Shown piece by piece: positions 28,056 through 37,782 of a DNA stretch of 64,000 nucleotides. A program made the position numbers and the translations under genes. The notes under the pieces were generated by a model. That model was not told where the DNA came from, searched no databases, and saw nothing but the letters and a program-made list of their open reading frames with translations. This DNA is from Polyangiaceae bacterium (GTDB lineage: Bacteria; Myxococcota_A; Polyangia; Polyangiales; Polyangiaceae), in contig JAPSGB010000003.1 of NCBI GenBank assembly GCA_035063585.1, positions 288,001 through 352,000 of the forward strand, in the 5' to 3' direction. The first letter of the stretch is position 1, and each line of letters opens with the position of its first letter.

Positions 28056-30650
28056 TTACCCGGCCATTCCCGCCGGCGCGAGGCTCCGCTCGATCGACGC
28101 GAGGAGCTGGTAGGCCTCGCGCCAGTCGGCGCCGCGCTCGGCGATCAGGCCGGCGAGCCAGCCGCGCAGCTCGTCGAGCTCCGCGGGCGGTAGGTTCGCG
28201 GGCTCCTCGACGGTGAGGAACGAGCGGAGCAGGGCTCGAGCGCTCGCCCCCTCGGAGGCTCGCGCGAGCGCGAGGCGCTCCGGGAGCGCGCTCGCGAGCG
28301 CGCGCGCGACCATCGCGTCCGGGAACCGCCGCCCGAGCGCGCGGACCGCGCGCGGATCGGAGACGCTCTCGAGCGCGACGAGCGCGTGCGCCTCGGGGAT
28401 GAGCTCGTAGGCTCGCGCGAGCCCGAGCGCTTCCCACGCCGCCTCGGGCGCGCGCGGCGCGGCGGCGACCAGCGCAGCCCACTGCGGCGCGTCGAAGCTC
28501 GTCCACGGCAGCGGCGCGCCGCTCGCCTCGGGCGTCGTGATGAGCTCCTCGAGCGCGAGCGCGGGCGCGTGCGCGAACGCGAGCGCCGCGTGCGCGCCGC
28601 TCGGATCGAGCAGCGAGCCGGTGAGCCTCGGGCGCTTCGCCTCGCGCCACGCGTTCCACAGGGCGAGCGCGACCTCGGAGAAGGCGACCCCGCGCGCCCG
28701 CGACAGGAGCTCGAGGGCGGGGAGGGCTGGTCGGAGCGGCGCGAGGGCCGCGAGGGTCGACCAGGCGAGGACGCCATGCGCGCTCTCGTCGAGCGCGATG
28801 CCCGGTAGCTCGAGCGGGTGCGGCGCCCCCCCGTCGAGCGCGACGCTGCCGACCAGCGCGCGCAGCCGATCGACGACCAGGAAGGCGTGGAGCGGCGCGT
28901 CTCCGCGGAGCACCGCCTGGTAGATGGCGTCGAGCACGCGCCGCACCTCCCGCGGCTCGGCGCCTCCCGGCCACGGGCGGAGCGGTCCGGGCCGGGTTCC
29001 GCGCCGGATCGGCAGACCCTCGCTGAGCGAGAGGGCGGCGAGCAGCCACGCCCCGTCGCTGAGCGCGCCCCGGCCGCGCGGGTAGCCGATCCGTGGTCGC
29101 GGCAGCTCACCCGGGAGGCGGACGGCGAGCGCGACGCCCGCGTCGTAGAGCTCCTCGAGCTCGTCGCTCGGCCGCTCTCCGCCCTCCGCGAGCGCGAGCC
29201 CGCTCACGCGGAAGACCGCCTCGAGGGCGGCGGCGAAGGCCGGGTTGCCGTCGCTCTCGAGCTCGAGCACGAGGCTCACCGGGTGGTCGCCCCGGCGGAC
29301 GCGCGCGGCGAGCTCGCGCGCGACTCCGGCCGCGCCGTGCTCGTGGAGGAGGGCCTCGCCCCACTCGAAGGGCGAACCGCGCACGAGCTCGCGGCGGGCG
29401 AGCTCGTCGACCACGCGCGCGAGCCAGCGCGGGCGGAGCCGCTCGCGCGTCGAGCCGGGGAGCGGCTCGAAGAGGCCCGCGCCGCGGAGCGCGCGCACCA
29501 CGCGGAACGCGCCCGGCGGCACCTCGCGCGCGGCGCGCTCGACGTCGGCGCGTCCGATGGCGCCGCCGCGCTTCACGAGCGTCGCGCGCAGCCACTCGAG
29601 ATCCGCGCCGAGGCGGTGCTCCTCCGGCACCAGCTCGAGCCACTCCTCCGGCTCGCGCGGCGCGTCGAGCGGCGCGTCCGAGTCCGTGAGCACGCGCTGG
29701 GCCATGCCGACCAGCACGCGGAAGCCGCGCCGCTCGACCCACGACGCTTCCGCGCTGGTGGACCCCGTCGATGCGCGGAGCCGGTCGCGGTAGAAGCGCT
29801 CGGCGAGCTCGGCGAGCGAGCGGTGCTCGAGCTTGCGAGCGCCGAGCGAGTCCGCGAGCCCGCAGAGCCCGAGCGCGGTCCCGGGCGTGTCGACCAGCCC
29901 GGTCGCGCGGAGCCAAGTGCGCGTGCGCTCCGCGTCGAAGCGTCCGTCCTCCGGCAGGCGCGCGGCGACCCAGTCGACGAGCGCGTCGAGCCACTCCTCG
30001 GGCGGCGGCGAGGTGACCATGTGGAAACCATCGCCGCGCGGCGGGAACGGCGCGGCGACGCAGAGCGGTCGGCCCGCGAGCGCGGCCGCCACGCCGTCGT
30101 CGCGCTCGAGCTCGACATAGACCGCGCCGCTCCGCGGGATGCGCGAGAGCGCGTCGGTCCAGGTCTCTGCGCGGACGAACGCGGCCAGGCCGCGCGCCTC
30201 GAGCCACTGCCCCACCAGCGTGCGCCCAGCGCCGCCCGGCGCGAGCCAGTGGAGCGGGGCGAAGCTCGCGGGGCGGGTGACCTCCGGAGGGAGCCCTGGG
30301 AAGAGCTCCTCTTCGAGCAGATCGAGCGCTCGCGCGAAGCGGAGGTCATCGAGCGTCACGCGGCGCTCGGAGCCGCGCGCCTCTGGCGACCGCCCGGGGA
30401 TGAACGCCGCGCGGAGATCGGCGACGGCGCAGCCGAGGACCTCGGCGAGCGCCTGCTGCACGGCGGGTCGCCCCGCGAGCCACTCGAGCTCGAGATCGCG
30501 GTCGAGCTTGCTGAAGAGGGCGGCCAGTGATCGGCTCTCTGGCCGGTCCCCCGCCGGCCACGCCTGGCTCGCGAGGACGGCGCGCGCGAGCGCCCCGTAG
30601 CTCCGGACCGAGGGCCGGGCCGACGCCATGAGCTCACGCAACCAGCCCAC
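28056..30650 (-). CDS. Large hypothetical protein: putative N-terminal HTH, degenerate P-loop and helical repeats
   Basis: 864-aa ORF with GC3-rich codons; GAGG RBS before [11 protein letters not shown] Walker-A-like and VYVELE Walker-B-like motifs. Domain calls are tentative. Confidence 0.75.
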   Translation of the reverse strand: MGWLRELMASARPSVRSYGALARAVLASQAWPAGDRPESRSLAALFSKLDRDLELEWLAGRPAVQQALAEVLGCAVADLRAAFIPGRSPEARGSERRVTLDDLRFARALDLLEEELFPGLPPEVTRPASFAPLHWLAPGGAGRTLVGQWLEARGLAAFVRAETWTDALSRIPRSGAVYVELERDDGVAAALAGRPLCVAAPFPPRGDGFHMVTSPPPEEWLDALVDWVAARLPEDGRFDAERTRTWLRATGLVDTPGTALGLCGLADSLGARKLEHRSLAELAERFYRDRLRASTGSTSAEASWVERRGFRVLVGMAQRVLTDSDAPLDAPREPEEWLELVPEEHRLGADLEWLRATLVKRGGAIGRADVERAAREVPPGAFRVVRALRGAGLFEPLPGSTRERLRPRWLARVVDELARRELVRGSPFEWGEALLHEHGAAGVARELAARVRRGDHPVSLVLELESDGNPAFAAALEAVFRVSGLALAEGGERPSDELEELYDAGVALAVRLPGELPRPRIGYPRGRGALSDGAWLLAALSLSEGLPIRRGTRPGPLRPWPGGAEPREVRRVLDAIYQAVLRGDAPLHAFLVVDRLRALVGSVALDGGAPHPLELPGIALDESAHGVLAWSTLAALAPLRPALPALELLSRARGVAFSEVALALWNAWREAKRPRLTGSLLDPSGAHAALAFAHAPALALEELITTPEASGAPLPWTSFDAPQWAALVAAAPRAPEAAWEALGLARAYELIPEAHALVALESVSDPRAVRALGRRFPDAMVARALASALPERLALARASEGASARALLRSFLTVEEPANLPPAELDELRGWLAGLIAERGADWREAYQLLASIERSLAPAGMAG

Positions 30651-30705
30651 TCATACCTCAGAAATCGGCCCTGCGGCCGGCGCTCTCGGCCTTCGTCGGT
30701 CGATT

Positions 30706-30750
30706 TTGCATCAAGAATGCATAATGTATCGATTATGCAGTTAGATGCAA
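30706..30750. promoter_or_regulatory. AT-rich nested inverted repeat (operator or Xer/dif-like site)
   Basis: TTGCATC-aagaa-TGCATAAT-gtatcg-ATTATGCA-gtta-GATGCAA. Confidence 0.6.
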
Positions 30751-30954
30751 CAAGCCAGCTGAACTTGGCTGAGGCGTCGTCAGGCTAGTAAGTGCGATGA
30801 GCCAGAATCGAGCATCGATTCAGCAAATGACGAGCGGAGCGGCGGCTGGATGGGCTCGTGGGCTGCCGGGCGCGGCCCCCTGCTCCGGGGCCGAGGGTGG
30901 GTCGAGCGGCGGAGACTTACCGTAAGCCGCAGCGCGAGGCGGAGCCATGCGGGC

Positions 30955-32031
30955 TCACTCCCTGGCGCCCGCTTCGCTCGAGCCGGGAGCGACCGCAGGG
31001 CCCGGCCGGCCCGGTGCGCCGCCGTCCGCGGCGTCCCGCGCTTCGCCGGGCGCGGCCGCGTCACCGTTCGAGGAGACGTCCTTGCAGCACCGGAAGCCGG
31101 CCTCGTAGCCGTAGTCGTTCTCCTTGTGGAACGTGACGGTCGGGCGGCAGCGGCTCCGCACCGGCCCCCACCAGCCGCCCTTCAGGCCGCTGCGGTTCGG
31201 GTACTCCTTGCCGGGGAGGTCCACCCACTCGTTCACGTTGCCGTTGAGATCGATGAGCCCCGCCCAGGAGACGCAGGTGTCGCGCGCGCCGATCGGGAGG
31301 CGCTGATCGAGGCGCTTCAGCTCCGCGGCGCAGCGCTCGTTCTTCTGGCAGCTCTCGTACCAGAGCATCCGCCTCGAGTGATCGGGGAAGACGTAGGGCT
31401 TGTCGAGGTTGCACGCCTCCGGCTCGCGGACGAACCCGGTCGCGTAGGGGCGCATGTCGGGGCCCTCGCACGCGAAGTTGAACTCATCCTCCGTGCAGAG
31501 GCGCTTGCCCTCGGCCTTGCAGCGTTCGCGCGCCTGCGTGAAGGACACGAGCACCCACGGTAGCTCGCCCACCCGGTTCGGGTACTCGTGTAGATCCATG
31601 CAGAAGGCGAGGTGCGTGCGCTCCTTCGACACGCAGCGGGTCGGCTCCTTGTACTTGAGGCACCGCTCGCTCACCGTGGGATCGCCCTTGCGCGCGAGGT
31701 ACTCCGGGTGCTCTTCGAGGCATTCCTGGATCACCGCGGGGCAGTACTCGCCCTCGACGCGCAGCATCCCGTCCGGGCAGCCTTCCCGGCTCCCGAGGGT
31801 CGCCGAGGCCTCCGCGCCGCTGTCGCCGCTCGCGGCGTCGGGTGCGGCGCCCGCGTCCGCCGCCGCTCCCGCGTCCATGGAGCCCGCGCTCGCGCTCGGC
31901 GCGACCGCCGATGAGGTCGCCGGCGGCGCGCCGCCTGCCGGGCGAGGCGCGTCACGCTTGCAGCCGGCGCCGCCCGCCACCGACGAGAAGAGCGCGAGCG
32001 CGGCGAGCGCGTGAGCTTCGAAGGAGCGCAT
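30955..32031 (-). CDS. Formylglycine-generating-enzyme (SUMF1/CLec-fold) domain lipoprotein
   Basis: Motifs FCMDLHEYPN, KRLCTEDEF, DLNGNVNEW, GFRCC; signal peptide ending GAGC. Confidence 0.88.
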   Translation of the reverse strand: MRSFEAHALAALALFSSVAGGAGCKRDAPRPAGGAPPATSSAVAPSASAGSMDAGAAADAGAAPDAASGDSGAEASATLGSREGCPDGMLRVEGEYCPAVIQECLEEHPEYLARKGDPTVSERCLKYKEPTRCVSKERTHLAFCMDLHEYPNRVGELPWVLVSFTQARERCKAEGKRLCTEDEFNFACEGPDMRPYATGFVREPEACNLDKPYVFPDHSRRMLWYESCQKNERCAAELKRLDQRLPIGARDTCVSWAGLIDLNGNVNEWVDLPGKEYPNRSGLKGGWWGPVRSRCRPTVTFHKENDYGYEAGFRCCKDVSSNGDAAAPGEARDAADGGAPGRPGPAVAPGSSEAGARE

Positions 32032-32250
32032 CGAGGCCGTAAGAAGCAAGAACTCGCCCCGGATGCAAGCCGCTCCGCTTCGGCGCGCGCCGCGCGCCTC
32101 GCCGGGGTTCACCGGTGCGCGCGCTCGGCCTGCGCCGCCGGCCGCGACGGACCGCCATCCCGAGGGCCCCCGAGGAGCGCGGATTCGCGTGAGGCGAAGC
32201 CGCGCGGACTCTGCTACCTTGAGGAGCTTCCAGGCTTGGGGAGGGAAAGG

Positions 32251-34710
32251 GTGCGCTTCGTGGAAGATTGGCGTTCACGGATCACGAGAAGTTCGCTCGG
32301 CGCGGCGGTGGTGGCGCTCTCGGTGCAGCTCGGGTGCGGCGGCGACGCCAAGCCGCCGGTCGCCCCGCCGACCGCCGCGAGCTCGAGCCCCGCGAAGCTC
32401 ACCCCCGATGGGTGGTCGAGCGGGAAGGCCGCGAGCGGGCCGCTCCCGTCCGGGCGCGTGCCGAGCCCGAAGCTCATCGATCGTCGCGAGCGGAGCGCGC
32501 TCGCGTCGGACTCGGCGAGCGGAGCGCGGAGCACCGTCCGTCCGACCAAGAGCGAGGCGGAGGTGTACCGCGCGGTCGCGCCAGCGACCGTCATCGTGCG
32601 GGTGCCCGACGGCATGGGCAGCGGGGTCATCATCGATCCGGCGGGCTGGGTGCTCACCAACCACCACGTGATCGAGCACGGGGAGAAGAAGGATTTCCGA
32701 GTGAAGGCGACCATCGCCCTCGGTCACCTCGACAAGACGACCGGCGGGATGGAGCGGGACAAGAAGGAATACACCGCGTGGGTCTATAAGGACGACAAGC
32801 TCCGCGATCTCGCGCTCCTCAAGATCGAGGATCCGCCGAAGGGTCTGCCGTTCGTGCCGCTCGCGACCGACATGCCCGTGCCCGGCGAGCACGTGGTCGC
32901 CATCGGTCACGCCGGCGCAGGCATGCTCTGGGCGATCAAGGCGGGTGAGATCTCTGCGCTCGGCAAGCTGAGCGAGCACCTGGCGACCCTCGCGCAGTTC
33001 AAGGATGACGAGAACGGCAGGAAGGCCGAGGCCGAGTTCAAGAAGTACCTCGACTCGCAGAACCTCGGGGTGGTGATCCAGTCGACCTGCACCATCCTGC
33101 CCGGAGACAGCGGCGGGCCGCTCGTCACCGCGCGCGGCGAGCTGGTCGGGCTGAACGCCTTCAGCAACAAGGATCCGCGCACCGGCGGCCTCTTGAACTT
33201 CCACGTTCACCTGGCGGAAATCGCGAAATTCGTGGCGGACAAACCCGCCAAGGTCGCGCGGATGGTGCCCGATCCATGGTCCGATGGCGGCGGCGACGCG
33301 AGCTACGAGGACGTGGATCTCGACGGCAAGGTCGACACCCTCCTGCTCCAGGGCCGGCGCGCGTGCGCGTTCTGCCCGCGCCAGAGCCTAGCGGTGTTCG
33401 TCGATCCGGATCAGGAGATGGAGGGTAACCTCCCGCCGCTCGCGGAGGTCTATTCGAAGAAGAGCTTTCGCTCCGAGCTCGCGTACCTGCAGGTCGAGGA
33501 CAGCTCCTTCATCTGGTACGACACCGATCGCGACGGTAGCTATGACGTCCTCCTGGTCGATGAGGCCACCACCGGGCGGAGCAGCGCCGGCTATCGCATC
33601 CAGCCGGATGGCGATCTGACCCCCGACGACCAGCTGGCGAGCGGCTCGGTGATCCGCATGTCGCTCATCAAGGATCGAGTCGCGCGCGACCGCCTCCAGC
33701 GCATCGCGCTGGCCGCGTTCCCGGAGCGCTACGTCGAGGCCTCGCGGCCGCTCGATCAGGTAAACCCCGAGCCGGTCGGCTCGACCGGCAAGGCAGAGAC
33801 GAGCGACCTCGACTCGAACGGCGTCGCCGACTCGGTCCGTATCAACGCGACCTTCAGCTCGCGCATGGTGGTGGACGTGGACGAAAACAGCGTGTCCCGC
33901 CTGCCGTCCGAGTTCGACGTGGGCGCCACGCTCCAGCCCGGGATGCTCGACGCCGAGCTGTCGGTGGTCACCCAGGGCACCAACATGTGGGTCGTCTACG
34001 ACACGGACGACGACGGTCGCTTCGACCTGGTGCTCCGCTCGGCGGGCGCACGCCTCTACGTCGCCACCGATGCCTTCGTGGTCGACGCCGGCGGGCAGCG
34101 CACACCCGCGCCCGAGCACATCGGGCGGAAGCTCGTGCGCCCGGAGCTGCTCGGCGCGCTCGGCGGGCGGATGCACGACTTCTCGAGCAAGGTGTTCCTC
34201 GACATCCTGACCGCGGGCGACGACAGCGGGCTCGCCTCGTTTCCCGACCCCGCCAAGGATCATCGCGGCACCAGCATGTCGATGCTCGGGGTGAAGGGTA
34301 GCCCCAACACGGTGGTCGTGATCCACGCGCAGGGCAGCGACGGCTACCTGGTCGACCTCGATCAGAGCAGCCTTCGCGGCAAGAAGACCTCCGACCCGGC
34401 GACGCTCACCAAGCTGGTCGAGGGAGGCAAGGTCGACGCGGAGTTTGCCTACTTCGAGCGGAACGGCCTCGCCTGGGCCTACTACGACACCGACGACAAG
34501 GACGGCTACGACGTCGTGCTCTACACGGCGACCCCGCGCCATGGCCGCGCCGACCGAGCGTTCCGGGTGGACAAAGCGGGCGCGCGGCTCGACTCGTCGC
34601 TCGCCGGCGGCACCATGGTCCGCCCCTCGCTCTACGGGAAGAAGTCGCTCGCGAGCAAGCTGAAGAAGCTCGCTCCCGAGATGTTCGTCGAGAGCGCCAT
34701 CGAGCGGTAG
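32251..34710 (+). CDS. Trypsin-like (S1) serine protease lipoprotein with C-terminal Asp-rich repeats
   Basis: Catalytic triad motifs LTNHHV, DLALLKI, GDSGGPL; lipobox QLGC; repeated YDTDxDGxYD. Confidence 0.88.
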   Translation: MRFVEDWRSRITRSSLGAAVVALSVQLGCGGDAKPPVAPPTAASSSPAKLTPDGWSSGKAASGPLPSGRVPSPKLIDRRERSALASDSASGARSTVRPTKSEAEVYRAVAPATVIVRVPDGMGSGVIIDPAGWVLTNHHVIEHGEKKDFRVKATIALGHLDKTTGGMERDKKEYTAWVYKDDKLRDLALLKIEDPPKGLPFVPLATDMPVPGEHVVAIGHAGAGMLWAIKAGEISALGKLSEHLATLAQFKDDENGRKAEAEFKKYLDSQNLGVVIQSTCTILPGDSGGPLVTARGELVGLNAFSNKDPRTGGLLNFHVHLAEIAKFVADKPAKVARMVPDPWSDGGGDASYEDVDLDGKVDTLLLQGRRACAFCPRQSLAVFVDPDQEMEGNLPPLAEVYSKKSFRSELAYLQVEDSSFIWYDTDRDGSYDVLLVDEATTGRSSAGYRIQPDGDLTPDDQLASGSVIRMSLIKDRVARDRLQRIALAAFPERYVEASRPLDQVNPEPVGSTGKAETSDLDSNGVADSVRINATFSSRMVVDVDENSVSRLPSEFDVGATLQPGMLDAELSVVTQGTNMWVVYDTDDDGRFDLVLRSAGARLYVATDAFVVDAGGQRTPAPEHIGRKLVRPELLGALGGRMHDFSSKVFLDILTAGDDSGLASFPDPAKDHRGTSMSMLGVKGSPNTVVVIHAQGSDGYLVDLDQSSLRGKKTSDPATLTKLVEGGKVDAEFAYFERNGLAWAYYDTDDKDGYDVVLYTATPRHGRADRAFRVDKAGARLDSSLAGGTMVRPSLYGKKSLASKLKKLAPEMFVESAIER

Positions 34711-34730
34711 CCCGGCCGCGGCGCTCCGGC

Positions 34731-35696
34731 TCAGCGCGAGGGCGCGCAGGTGGAGACGCCGGCGCCCACGATGGTGGTGTCGGTCCGCGCGATGACCGGC
34801 GGCGTGGTCGTGCCGCCCGGCGTATAGCGGTTCACCTCGCTCTCGCCGGTCGTCTTCGACGTGAAGAAGTAGAAATCGCCGCCCCAGAACGCGAACGCCC
34901 AGGCCGAGATGTCTCCCGAGCCGAGGTCGAGGAGGGTGTCGTCCCGGACCGCGGCACGGGTCGGCTCGAGCTCGCTCAGGTGTGCGCGCGGCGAGCCTGG
35001 GGCGAATGCGTAGAGGTTCCCTTCGCCGGTCCCGGTGAGCTCCGGATCGCCGATGATGCGGTCCAACTGCCCGACCCGCGTGAGCTCGAACGTCGCGGGC
35101 TCGACGCGCGCGAGCTCGGCCGGTCCGCCGCTGCCCACGCTGCCCGTACCGGCGACGTAGAGCGTCTCCCCTCCGCCCTCGGCGTTCGCGACGAAGCCCA
35201 TGCCAAATACGCTCGGGAAGCCCTGCTGCCCCGGCACGAAGCCGGTCCGCTCGCACGAGGCGGTGAGCGTGCTCACGCGGAAGAGCTCGCCATCGTTATA
35301 GAGGACGAATGCGATGCCCTCGCGGTCCACCGCCATGGAAAATGGCGAGGCTCCCCCCGCGGGGCACGCGATGTTCCCGATGGTGTGGAAGCTCGCCGAC
35401 GGCGGGTAGAAGCGGAGCAGCCGGTTCTCGGAGGAGATCAGGTAGACGTAGGTGATCCCGGCGTCCACGCAGTCGATGATCGGGCGGTCGGGCGGCGCGT
35501 CGAAGACGTCTTCGGGGGCGTCGATCGCGGCGTCGATCGCGGCGTCGACCGCGGCGTCGGGCGCCTCCTCGTCGGGCGCGTCTGCCGGTGCGTCGCGGCC
35601 GGCGTCGCGCTCCGGCGGGACGTGGAGCCCGGTGCGGGCGCCGCACGCGCTCGCGACGAGGACGAAGGCGAGGCCGGCGAGTCGAGAGGGGTTCAC
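34731..35696 (-). CDS. Lipoprotein, probable beta-propeller
   Basis: Lipobox ASAC; Asp/Ala linker; beta-rich body ending IVGAGVSTCAP. Confidence 0.8.
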   Translation of the reverse strand: MNPSRLAGLAFVLVASACGARTGLHVPPERDAGRDAPADAPDEEAPDAAVDAAIDAAIDAPEDVFDAPPDRPIIDCVDAGITYVYLISSENRLLRFYPPSASFHTIGNIACPAGGASPFSMAVDREGIAFVLYNDGELFRVSTLTASCERTGFVPGQQGFPSVFGMGFVANAEGGGETLYVAGTGSVGSGGPAELARVEPATFELTRVGQLDRIIGDPELTGTGEGNLYAFAPGSPRAHLSELEPTRAAVRDDTLLDLGSGDISAWAFAFWGGDFYFFTSKTTGESEVNRYTPGGTTTPPVIARTDTTIVGAGVSTCAPSR

Positions 35697-35814
35697 GGCG
35701 CGGGATGGTCCAGCAGCGTCGAGCGCCGGTCAATGGGGCACCCGGCGCGACCTCGCGCCGTCCCGACCGGCCAGTCGCCGTCTCGTGCCGAACCGTGACG
35801 AGCGAGGCCCCGGC

Positions 35815-37782
35815 TCAGTCGAAGCGGCTCGTGATTTTCTCGGCGGTGCGGGTGGCGAGCGCCATGATGGTGAGCTGGGTGTTGACGGCGATGCTCGAGG
35901 GCACCGCGCTGCCGTCCACGATGTAGAGGCCGGGGACGTCGTGCGACTCGCACGAGGCGTCGACCACGCTCCGCGTGGGATCGGCACCCATCCGGCAGGT
36001 GCCGAGCGGGTGGAAGCCGATCATCATCAGGTCGAAGCCGCCCGGGCAGGCGCGCTCGAGCCGCTCGATGTCCGCGAGCGTGTGAAGCTCGTGATGGTGG
36101 CGGATCTCGGTGTAGATCTCGCGCGAGCCGGCCTCGTAGAAGATCCGCGCGATCGCCGCGCTCCCACGCGCGAGCAAGCGGCGCTCGTGGACCCCGAGCT
36201 GGTAGAGCATGAGCGGGCGGCCCCTCGGGCCGAGCACGATGCGCCCATTGGGCTCGTCCTCGACCATCACGCCGAAGCTTGCCACGTGACTATAGGCGCT
36301 CATGAGGTCCATGTAGCGACGCCCGACCATCGGGAACATGGTCGCGCCGACGTCGAGCGGCGCGCCAGCGCCCAGGATGAGGATGCCGTCGCGATGGAAC
36401 TGGGTGACCCCGTAGCCCTGCGGCACCCGGTTCCACCCGCGGATCTCGTCATCGAACACGCCGCTCACGCCGGTGGCGGGGTGGATGGTGAGGTTTCTTC
36501 CCACCATGCCGCTGGAATTGGCGATGCCCTGCCGCAAGAGCAGCACCGGAGTGGCGAGCGAGCCGCACGCGAGGATGGTGCCGCGCGAGCGGACGCGGAT
36601 GGTCGCGCCGTCGCGCCGCTTGCCGATGACGCCCACCGCGCGCCCGCCCTCGAGCCACACCCGCTGGACGGTGAGCCCGGTGACCAGGCTCGCGCCGCGG
36701 TCGAGCGCGAGCGGCACGTAGCTCACGTTCATGCTCTTCTTCGCGTCGGTCGGGCAGCCCCACTGGCAGACCCCCTGCCCGTCACAGCCCGGCGCGTTGC
36801 GCGGCACCGGGAAGTGGCTCCAGCCGAGCTTGTCGCAGCCGCGCGCGATGATGTCGGCGGCGGCCCCAATCACCTTCGGATCGCTCGGCGCGACCTCGAG
36901 CGTGCGCTCGACCTTCGAGTAGTAGGCGTCGAACGCCTCCGGCGTGAACTCGGTGAGACCGTGCTCGCTCTGCCACTTCTCGAAGATCCAGTCGGGGGCG
37001 CGCAGGCACGTCCCGCTGTTGATGGTCGTCGAGCCGCCCACGTCCTTGCCGAGCGGGATCGGGATCACGCAGTTGCCGACCACGCCGTTGATGCCGGCGT
37101 TCTTGTAGAGCTTCCTCATCCCCGGCACCGAGCGCCGGATGAAGTCCTTGCGCGTGTAGTACTCGCCCTGCTCGATGAGGAGGACGGCCACCCCGCGCTC
37201 GGCGAGCTCTTTGGCCACCACCGCGCCGCCCGCGCCGGTGCCGACCACCACCACGTCGCACTCGAGCACCTCGTGGGCGTCGAGCTCGCTCGCCGGGGTG
37301 ACCCGCTGCATATGACGCGGCACCTCGTCGTGGACGGGCGGGTTCTCCCACACGCAGCCGAGCGTCCGATAGACGTCGCGGTCGTCGAAGTGCGCGTTCT
37401 TGAGCGGGTAGGTGAGGGCGATGAACGCGCCGCGCGCGGCCTGGCTCCCTTCGTGCCAGCGCGCGAGAAACTCCGCGCCACGCTCGGGCTCGAGCGCGGA
37501 GAACCGCTTGCCGGTGGTCGCGAGCGGCGCGAACTCGAGCAGATCGAGCAGTCGGAGGTAGCCGCTCGGGCTCCCGAAGCTCGCCACGCTCTTGGCGAGG
37601 CGGACGAGGGTGGCGTCGTCTGCGCCCGGCATCAGGCTGCCGCTCGGCAGGACCGCGAGAGCGAGCGCGCGCGCGACGCGGAAGCCGCGCGCGCCCAGCA
37701 CCTCGCGAGCTCGCGCGAGCTCGTCCGCACGCGCGCCGGACGCGCTCCGGGCGGTACGGAGCTCGACCGTCGCGGCGCTCAC
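35815..37782 (-). CDS. GMC family oxidoreductase (long-chain alcohol oxidase-like)
   Basis: Motifs VVVGTGAGG, VGGSTTINSG, CxGxGxCxWGCP, HPLGTCRMG, LYIVDGS, NTQLTIMA; GTG start overlaps the upstream stop (GTGA). Confidence 0.92.
   Translation of the reverse strand: MSAATVELRTARSASGARADELARAREVLGARGFRVARALALAVLPSGSLMPGADDATLVRLAKSVASFGSPSGYLRLLDLLEFAPLATTGKRFSALEPERGAEFLARWHEGSQAARGAFIALTYPLKNAHFDDRDVYRTLGCVWENPPVHDEVPRHMQRVTPASELDAHEVLECDVVVVGTGAGGAVVAKELAERGVAVLLIEQGEYYTRKDFIRRSVPGMRKLYKNAGINGVVGNCVIPIPLGKDVGGSTTINSGTCLRAPDWIFEKWQSEHGLTEFTPEAFDAYYSKVERTLEVAPSDPKVIGAAADIIARGCDKLGWSHFPVPRNAPGCDGQGVCQWGCPTDAKKSMNVSYVPLALDRGASLVTGLTVQRVWLEGGRAVGVIGKRRDGATIRVRSRGTILACGSLATPVLLLRQGIANSSGMVGRNLTIHPATGVSGVFDDEIRGWNRVPQGYGVTQFHRDGILILGAGAPLDVGATMFPMVGRRYMDLMSAYSHVASFGVMVEDEPNGRIVLGPRGRPLMLYQLGVHERRLLARGSAAIARIFYEAGSREIYTEIRHHHELHTLADIERLERACPGGFDLMMIGFHPLGTCRMGADPTRSVVDASCESHDVPGLYIVDGSAVPSSIAVNTQLTIMALATRTAEKITSRFD

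Noticed and set aside
30798..30926. Short + strand ORF (about 42 aa, MSQNRASIQQ...) divergent from the 864-aa gene
   Set aside because: No RBS, atypical codon usage and no recognisable motif
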